Assembly: GCA_051878715.1 (NCBI GenBank) | Contig: JBJEKQ010000070.1 | Location: forward strand, 2,420-66,419 | Length of the DNA: 64,000 nucleotides | Source of the DNA: Prevotella sp. | Lineage (GTDB): Bacteria; Bacteroidota; Bacteroidia; Bacteroidales; Bacteroidaceae | Direction: 5' to 3' | Part shown: positions 58,366 through 64,000 of the stretch, in pieces | How positions within the stretch are numbered: the stretch's first letter is position 1 | How the letters are laid out: every line of letters starts with the position of its first letter | The notes under the pieces: generated by a model | Database searches by the model: none | What the model was told of the DNA's origin: nothing | What the model saw: the letters and a program-made list of their open reading frames with translations, nothing else | Program-made: the position numbers and the translations under genes

Positions 58366-59802
58366 TTATGATTCGCTTTTCTGATTACGATGCTCCTCCT
58401 TCAGTTTGAAGGAGTTCTCGATACTGTTGAGCTCCGCCTCAAAAGCCTTGTCTATCTTGAGGCGCTGCTCTACAGTAGAACAACTGTGTATCACTGTGCT
58501 GTGATCTCGGTTGCCAATGAGCTGACCGATACGAGAAGCCGGCATCTTGGTATATTTCTGCGCAAAATACATAGACACCTGACGCACCAGCACATAGTCG
58601 CGTTTGCGACTGCGACTGAACACATGCTGCTGTGTCACATTGTAGTGTCGGCACACCTTTTCCAGAATATCATCTACCGTAAGCGGTTTCTCATCTATCT
58701 TCACCGCACGCTTGATAACCCTTTCCGCCAAACGCATATCCACATGGCAGTTATACACCACAGAATAGGCAAGCAGGGAATTGATGACACCCTCCAGGTC
58801 GCGCACACTGCCGTTGGCTGTCTCTGCAATATACTGAATCACATCGGCTGGAATATTGAGCCCGTCGCGGCGGCATTTCGACTGCAATACATCCACACAC
58901 AACTGGATGTTGGGTTTCTCCAGCTCAGCAATAAGTCCACAACTGAAACGTGTGAGCAGACGGTCTTTCATGCCTTTGAGATCTACCGGCGGACGGTCGC
59001 TCGCCAATATAATCTGCTTGGCATTACGGAATAGGTGGTTGAAGATATGGAAGAAGGTGTCCAATGTGCCGGGAGAGGTTGCCCACTCCTGAATATCATC
59101 CACGATGAGCACATCTATGGATTGGTAAAAATTGATAAAGTCGTTGATGACACCTCTCCTTACCGCATCGGTGTATTGCACCTGAAAAAGCCGGGCGCTG
59201 ACATAGAGCACACGCTTCTGCGGGTACATCTCCTTGCACTTCACACCGATGGCATTGATGAGGTGTGTCTTTCCGCATCCCGAAGGGCCGAAGATGAAGA
59301 AAGGATTGAAAGTGGTTTTGCCCGGATGCTCCGCAATAGACAAGCCCACGGTACGCGGCAGCTTGTTGCTGGTGCCCTCGATGAAGTTCTGGAATGTTTT
59401 ATGTACATCCAGCTGGGGATTGAGTCTCTGCGGTGCGGCGGCATCAAGCACAGAAGGAGCCCTATTGCCCCTGTCCGTAGGTCTTGGAGCCTCGATGTTC
59501 ACAGGTTCCGCACTCTCCACCTCTTGTGTCAGGTTATGCGCTTTGTCCACTACCACCCTATAGTTGAGCCTGATACCCTGACCAAAGCAACGTGTGAGTG
59601 TCTTGCTGAGCAGTGACACATAATACTGTTCCAAATACTCGCAGACATAAGGGCTGGGCACACGCAACACCAGCGTCCTCTTTTCCTCAGAGAACGACTC
59701 GAAGCGGATGGGCTCGAACCATGTTTTGTATTGCTGCTCGGCGACATTATCCTTAATGATGGCAAGACAATTCGCCCAAAGCATCTGGTATTTGTTCTGC
59801 AT
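58366..59802 (-). CDS. dnaA: Chromosomal replication initiator protein DnaA
   Basis: FNPFFIFGPSGCGKTHL Walker A, VLIVDDIQ, SDRPP, SVRDLEG, RDHSTVIHS domain IV. Confidence 0.98.
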   Translation of the reverse strand: MQNKYQMLWANCLAIIKDNVAEQQYKTWFEPIRFESFSEEKRTLVLRVPSPYVCEYLEQYYVSLLSKTLTRCFGQGIRLNYRVVVDKAHNLTQEVESAEPVNIEAPRPTDRGNRAPSVLDAAAPQRLNPQLDVHKTFQNFIEGTSNKLPRTVGLSIAEHPGKTTFNPFFIFGPSGCGKTHLINAIGVKCKEMYPQKRVLYVSARLFQVQYTDAVRRGVINDFINFYQSIDVLIVDDIQEWATSPGTLDTFFHIFNHLFRNAKQIILASDRPPVDLKGMKDRLLTRFSCGLIAELEKPNIQLCVDVLQSKCRRDGLNIPADVIQYIAETANGSVRDLEGVINSLLAYSVVYNCHVDMRLAERVIKRAVKIDEKPLTVDDILEKVCRHYNVTQQHVFSRSRKRDYVLVRQVSMYFAQKYTKMPASRIGQLIGNRDHSTVIHSCSTVEQRLKIDKAFEAELNSIENSFKLKEEHRNQKSES

Positions 59803-60219
59803 TTGGCTGTTATGTTATGTGGCAGTGCAGCATATCGGTACACCTTGTCACGTTCTTAATCAAGTTACTTAAAAACAGTTTAGGTTTTTTGGCTTTGAAA
59901 TGCGTTTGCAAATTTCGCTTTTTTTTTTGAATTGGCAAAATCCCCCCAACTATCATCCACATCAGAAATGTCATAAGTGCCTTATTTATTGCCATTTACA
60001 TCTTAACCCTTTTGCAACACCCATGACATACCTCTTGCATATTTCAAAGATTTTGATTTTCAACGATTTAAAAAGAAAAGCCTGCACTTGCACTCCGAAA
60101 AGAGGCTCGTGCAGACAGAAATGTCAAATGCCGTTATACAGAGTTGTTTACACTCTTTTTTTTTTTCTTAAAGATACTTTTTTTTAATTTATACGAAATA
60201 TAAACTATATTGTTTATCC

Positions 60220-61125
60220 TTATTTGTCTTTCTTGCCGAAGAGAGAGAAATGCACGTAGCGTTTGGGATGCTGGCGCAGGTCGTAGAGCAGTGAATCGGC
60301 ATTGCGCATGGTATTGGTAAGGTTGATATAGAGCTGCGGGTCGGTCATCAGCAATCCCACGGTACTCTCCTTGCTGTTGAGCCTGGTAGCGAGCTGCTCC
60401 ACCTGTGCAAGCGTGTTGTCAACCTTTGCCATAGTGGCATCCACCTCCACCTTGCTCAGTTTGTCGGTAAAGTCCTCCGTATTGGCAAGGATGCGGTCGG
60501 CACGCTCCATCATTCCCGGCACTCTTCCGTTAAGATTATCCATCAGCCGGTTCACACCGCGGGTAGTCACCTCCAGATTGGCGGTGATATGTTCCACATT
60601 GTGCAGCGAGTTGGTGAGTGCAGGATCAGCCAACAACAGGTTGAGACTCATCAGTATGGAGTCGAGTTTGGGCAGCATCTGCTGTATGGCTGGCATCATG
60701 GCCTCTGCCTTTGCCATCATGCCCGAACTCTGTCCGCCACGGATGGTGTCACCGCTTTCCATCAGGTCGGCAGGGTTGTCACCCAGAAGAAGGTTCATCT
60801 TCACATTGCCCATGAAATCAGAGGCTATCTCTGCAGAAGAACCGCGGGGCACCCTCATCTGCGGATCCAGCTCAACAAGTGCCACGATATCTCCTGTGCC
60901 TTGGTAGTCATAGTCGATACCCTTGACAGCACCCACCTTGTAACCGTTGGCATAGACTGGGCTGGATGCCGAAAGTCCGCTGATATCGCGGAAGGTGACG
61001 GGATAAACATTGTTGTTGGCTACCAGACTTAGCCCCTTCAGGAACTTTAATCCGAAGAATAACACCACGATGCCCACAACAGCCACCAGGGCTATCTGCA
61101 CCTCTTTCGTAAAATATTTTTTCAT
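60220..61125 (-). CDS. MlaD/MCE-family protein
   Basis: TM anchor, ISGLSASSPVYANGYKVGAV MCE motif, helical tail ending DLRQHPKRYVHFSLFG. Confidence 0.93.
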   Translation of the reverse strand: MKKYFTKEVQIALVAVVGIVVLFFGLKFLKGLSLVANNNVYPVTFRDISGLSASSPVYANGYKVGAVKGIDYDYQGTGDIVALVELDPQMRVPRGSSAEIASDFMGNVKMNLLLGDNPADLMESGDTIRGGQSSGMMAKAEAMMPAIQQMLPKLDSILMSLNLLLADPALTNSLHNVEHITANLEVTTRGVNRLMDNLNGRVPGMMERADRILANTEDFTDKLSKVEVDATMAKVDNTLAQVEQLATRLNSKESTVGLLMTDPQLYINLTNTMRNADSLLYDLRQHPKRYVHFSLFGKKDK

Positions 61126-61132
61126 GATACTC

Positions 61133-62338
61133 TTATTTCTTTTTTTTCTTGTATTCTGTTATTGCCTCGTTGATATCCATCCTCATCCCATTCTTGAAGG
61201 CGACAATGAATGCCTCGGGAAACTTGGCAAGCAACTGTTTGCGAAGCCGTGACGCCTCACTAAAGTCGGCAGTGGCACCACAGGTGTATTTGTACAATCC
61301 CGCATCGTGGTAGAAATCCACCTCCTTCTCGCCCTTGAACTGCTGACTACCCGGACGAAGACTTCGCTGGCTGGTGAGAATCTGCACCTTGAACACCGGA
61401 CGGTCATCCTCGTTCTCTACCCGTTTTTTTTCAGCCTTTACCTCTGGTTGGATTGTTGCCTCTGCTTTCTCCGCTCTCTGTTCAGTTGTTTCCGTCACTT
61501 TCTGCTTGATATCTTTAGGAGCAGGGGGTGCAGGTTGCTCCACGGGAGCCTCCCGATAGGGCACTGTGGGAGCACCGCCGTACTTGCTCTTGTAGGCAAT
61601 GAAGGCATTGTAGATACCACGCCCCAAAGCTTCCACACCCTCCTTGCTGCTGAGATAGCGCTCCTCGTCGGGGGTGGTGATGAAACCCAGTTCGATGAGA
61701 CAGCCAGGCATCGAAGTCTCACGCAGCACCAAAAACCCCGCCTGCTTCACGCCCTTGTCGCTGCGCCCGGCTGCCAGACAGGTTTTCTTCTGCACCAGTC
61801 GCGCCAATTCCACGCTCTGTGCCATATTATTGTCTTGCAGCAGTTCAAACATGATGTAGCTCTCGGAAGAGTTAGGGTCAAAACCCTCATAATGCTGCCG
61901 ATAGTCTTGCTCTATGAGAATCACGGAGTTCTCCCGCTTTGCCACGTCGAAGTTGTCGTCGGCACGGTGCATACCAAGGGTGTAGGTTTCCATCCCCCTG
62001 CTGCGCTTTCCCTTGGGCAGGGCGTTGGTATGGATGGAAATGAAGAGATCGGCCTTGTGCCTGTTGGCTATGGACGCGCGTTTGTGCAGGGGCACAAACA
62101 CATCCGTCTTGCGGGTATATACCACATTCACATCAGGACAATTGCGCTCTACCAGCCTTCCGAAGGCAAGCGCCACATTGAGGTTGATGTTCTTCTCCAG
62201 GGCAAAGGTTCCCTTGGCACCCGAATCGGCACCTCCATGACCAGCATCAATGACAAGGGTATAACGTTTGGGGGCAGCCATTGCCGTACCCCAAAGCAAA
62301 AGTGTCATCCACAAGAAGAAAACGGTCCTTTTTCCCAT
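61133..62338 (-). CDS. N-acetylmuramoyl-L-alanine amidase (Amidase_3) with C-terminal SPOR-like domain
   Basis: VIDAGHGG, EKNINL, FISIHTNA, FLVLRETSMP..LIELGFIT; FKVQIL...FPEAFIVAF. Confidence 0.95.
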   Translation of the reverse strand: MGKRTVFFLWMTLLLWGTAMAAPKRYTLVIDAGHGGADSGAKGTFALEKNINLNVALAFGRLVERNCPDVNVVYTRKTDVFVPLHKRASIANRHKADLFISIHTNALPKGKRSRGMETYTLGMHRADDNFDVAKRENSVILIEQDYRQHYEGFDPNSSESYIMFELLQDNNMAQSVELARLVQKKTCLAAGRSDKGVKQAGFLVLRETSMPGCLIELGFITTPDEERYLSSKEGVEALGRGIYNAFIAYKSKYGGAPTVPYREAPVEQPAPPAPKDIKQKVTETTEQRAEKAEATIQPEVKAEKKRVENEDDRPVFKVQILTSQRSLRPGSQQFKGEKEVDFYHDAGLYKYTCGATADFSEASRLRKQLLAKFPEAFIVAFKNGMRMDINEAITEYKKKKK

Positions 62339-62481
62339 TTCTCAAAATATCATCAGCTCGTTCGACAGGCATATCCGATGCTCGCGCCATCCTTCATTTC
62401 ACCTGAAATACCGACTTGTAGAGCCATTACGCCGCAAAATTAGTGTTTTTTGTCCAAAAACCCAAGTGAAACGCAGAGTTT

Positions 62482-62838
62482 TTATCCATCCACCAGTTCC
62501 ACCCCGGCACCGGCACACTGTCCGCCCATAGGCGGGTTGAGTTTCGTTACCGACAGTTCCACCCTGCCTGCCTCGGGAAATTCGGTGCGTATGGCATGGA
62601 GGATACGTCCTGCCACATGTTCCAGCAGTTGTGAAGGCACAGCCATCTCACGGTGCACCAGCCGATAGAGATCCGCGTAATTGAGAGTATGCTCCACACT
62701 GTCGCTCTGCATAGCGGGGGAAAAGGGATAATCCACACGCACATTTACAACGAAATCGCCTCCCACGGTGCGCTCCTGGGGGAGCACTCCGTGGAAGGCT
62801 TTCAGTTGGATATCCTTAATCACTATAGTGGTTCTCAT
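62482..62838 (-). CDS. folB: Dihydroneopterin aldolase
   Basis: AFHGVLPQER, TLNYA, SQLLEHVA, VTKLNPP motifs. Start at ATG 62838. Confidence 0.95.
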   Translation of the reverse strand: MRTTIVIKDIQLKAFHGVLPQERTVGGDFVVNVRVDYPFSPAMQSDSVEHTLNYADLYRLVHREMAVPSQLLEHVAGRILHAIRTEFPEAGRVELSVTKLNPPMGGQCAGAGVELVDG

Positions 62839-62842
62839 CCTC

Positions 62843-64000
62843 TTATCCGCATCTGCTGGCACCGCAGTTCTTGCATATCAGACAGCCCTCCTGGTAAACC
62901 AAGGTTTCCTGTCCGCAAACGGGGCACTTCTGTCCCTTGGCTTCGGTGCCGTCGGTTATATATTTCTTGAGAGCACGCTCCACCCCATTCTTCCAGGTAT
63001 TGATGCTCTCACTCTTGAGCTGCAGCGAACTTACCAGTCGGATGACATGCTCAATGGGCATGCGGTAGCGCAACACACCACTGATAAGCTTAGCATAGTT
63101 CCAATATTCGGGGTTGAACTTCTCGGAGAGTCCCTCCACGGTAGTCTTGTAGCCACGCTTGTTTTCAAACTGGAAGTCGTAGCGTTTGCGCCCGTTCTCG
63201 TCCACCTGCTTGATAATCTTACCCCGGGTCACTGTCTTGGGAAGTACTATGCCTTCTTCGTCATCCTGCAATCCGGTGAATATCTCATAGGGATAGCCGT
63301 TGAGCAAGCCCACGAAAGCCACCCATTTCTCCTTATTATTCTGGAAGCGCACCACCTCGCACTCCAGCACCTGCGGGCGCACCTCTGTCACTTCGGGGTG
63401 CTTACAGGGGGGCATGCTACTCCTGGCGACTTCCTTATTCTCTTTCTTGGGCACAGATATCATCACACCCGAACGGGAACCGTCGCGATAGATGGTGCAA
63501 CCCTTGCAACCAGAACGCCATGCCTCTACATAGAGTTTATTGACCAGTGCCTCATCCACATCGGAAGGCAGGTTGACAGTGACGCTGATGGAATGATCCA
63601 CCCACTTCTGGATAGCTCCCTGCATACGCACCTTCATCAGCCAATCCACGTCGTTGGCAGTGGCTTTATAGTAGGGTGAGCGTGCCACCAGCTGGTCTAT
63701 CTCTTCCTGGGTGTATTTCTTGGTAGTGTCGATACCGTTGGCCTCCATCCATGTGAGGAACTTGCGGTGATATACAATATATTCCTCGAAGGAGTCGCCC
63801 ACCTCATCCACAAAGTCCACACGAACAGCCTCGTCATTGGGGTTCACCTTGCGGCGGCGCATATATACAGGCATGAACACGGGTTCGATACCGCTGGTGG
63901 TCTGTGTCATCAGACTGGTAGTGCCTGTGGGGGCAATGGTAAGACAGGCGATGTTGCGGCGGCCGTAGCGGCAGATGTCGTTGTATAGTTGCTCGTCGGC
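62843..64000 (-). CDS. nrdJ: Adenosylcobalamin-dependent (class II) ribonucleotide reductase, C-terminal part (runs off right edge)
   Basis: Frame extends to the edge: RRNIACLTIAPTGTTSLMTQTTSGIEP, QKWVDHSISVTVNLP, KGCTIYRDGSRSGV, C-terminal CPVC...EGCLICKNCGASRC zinc ribbon. Confidence 0.93.
   Translation of the reverse strand, partial: ADEQLYNDICRYGRRNIACLTIAPTGTTSLMTQTTSGIEPVFMPVYMRRRKVNPNDEAVRVDFVDEVGDSFEEYIVYHRKFLTWMEANGIDTTKKYTQEEIDQLVARSPYYKATANDVDWLMKVRMQGAIQKWVDHSISVTVNLPSDVDEALVNKLYVEAWRSGCKGCTIYRDGSRSGVMISVPKKENKEVARSSMPPCKHPEVTEVRPQVLECEVVRFQNNKEKWVAFVGLLNGYPYEIFTGLQDDEEGIVLPKTVTRGKIIKQVDENGRKRYDFQFENKRGYKTTVEGLSEKFNPEYWNYAKLISGVLRYRMPIEHVIRLVSSLQLKSESINTWKNGVERALKKYITDGTEAKGQKCPVCGQETLVYQEGCLICKNCGASRCG

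Overview
This 64-kb window looks like a Bacteroidota chromosome, most likely Prevotellaceae. The basis is gene content, TAnnTTTG-type -7 promoter boxes, SusC/SusD pairs and T9SS-type C-terminal domains. Left third (1-25 kb): partial cydA plus DUF4492, a TolC/HlyD/2x ABC-permease exporter with no ATPase gene, an Lrp regulator, exbB-hyp-exbD-exbD, a Cys-rich metal permease, tRNA-Ser(GGA), tatD, ispA, tonB, porQ-like, cmk, a small HTH gene, ispH, meaB, DUF1573 and an alpha-2-macroglobulin. Centre (25-55 kb): a pectin/rhamnogalacturonan-I utilisation locus with two SusC/SusD pairs, three fasciclin-domain lipoproteins, a two-domain esterase, a 973-aa uncharacterised secreted protein and two divergent PL11 lyases. 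One lyase carries an autotransporter-passenger-like beta-repeat region. Right end: a BASS transporter and TonB receptor pair, dnaA, MlaD/MCE, amidase, folB and partial class II RNR. I found no transposase, integrase, CRISPR, RT or phage genes. The best candidates for undescribed biology are (i) a self-contained ~75-nt sRNA with a consensus promoter, palindromic operator and terminator at the PUL end, (ii) the T9SS-type surface module (stalked PL11 plus the 973-aa protein), (iii) a perfect 16-bp inverted repeat forming a mirror-image divergent promoter between exbB and the metal permease, and (iv) several phased 21-24-bp repeat arrays in intergenic regions. All family calls are by eye from motifs; no searches were run.
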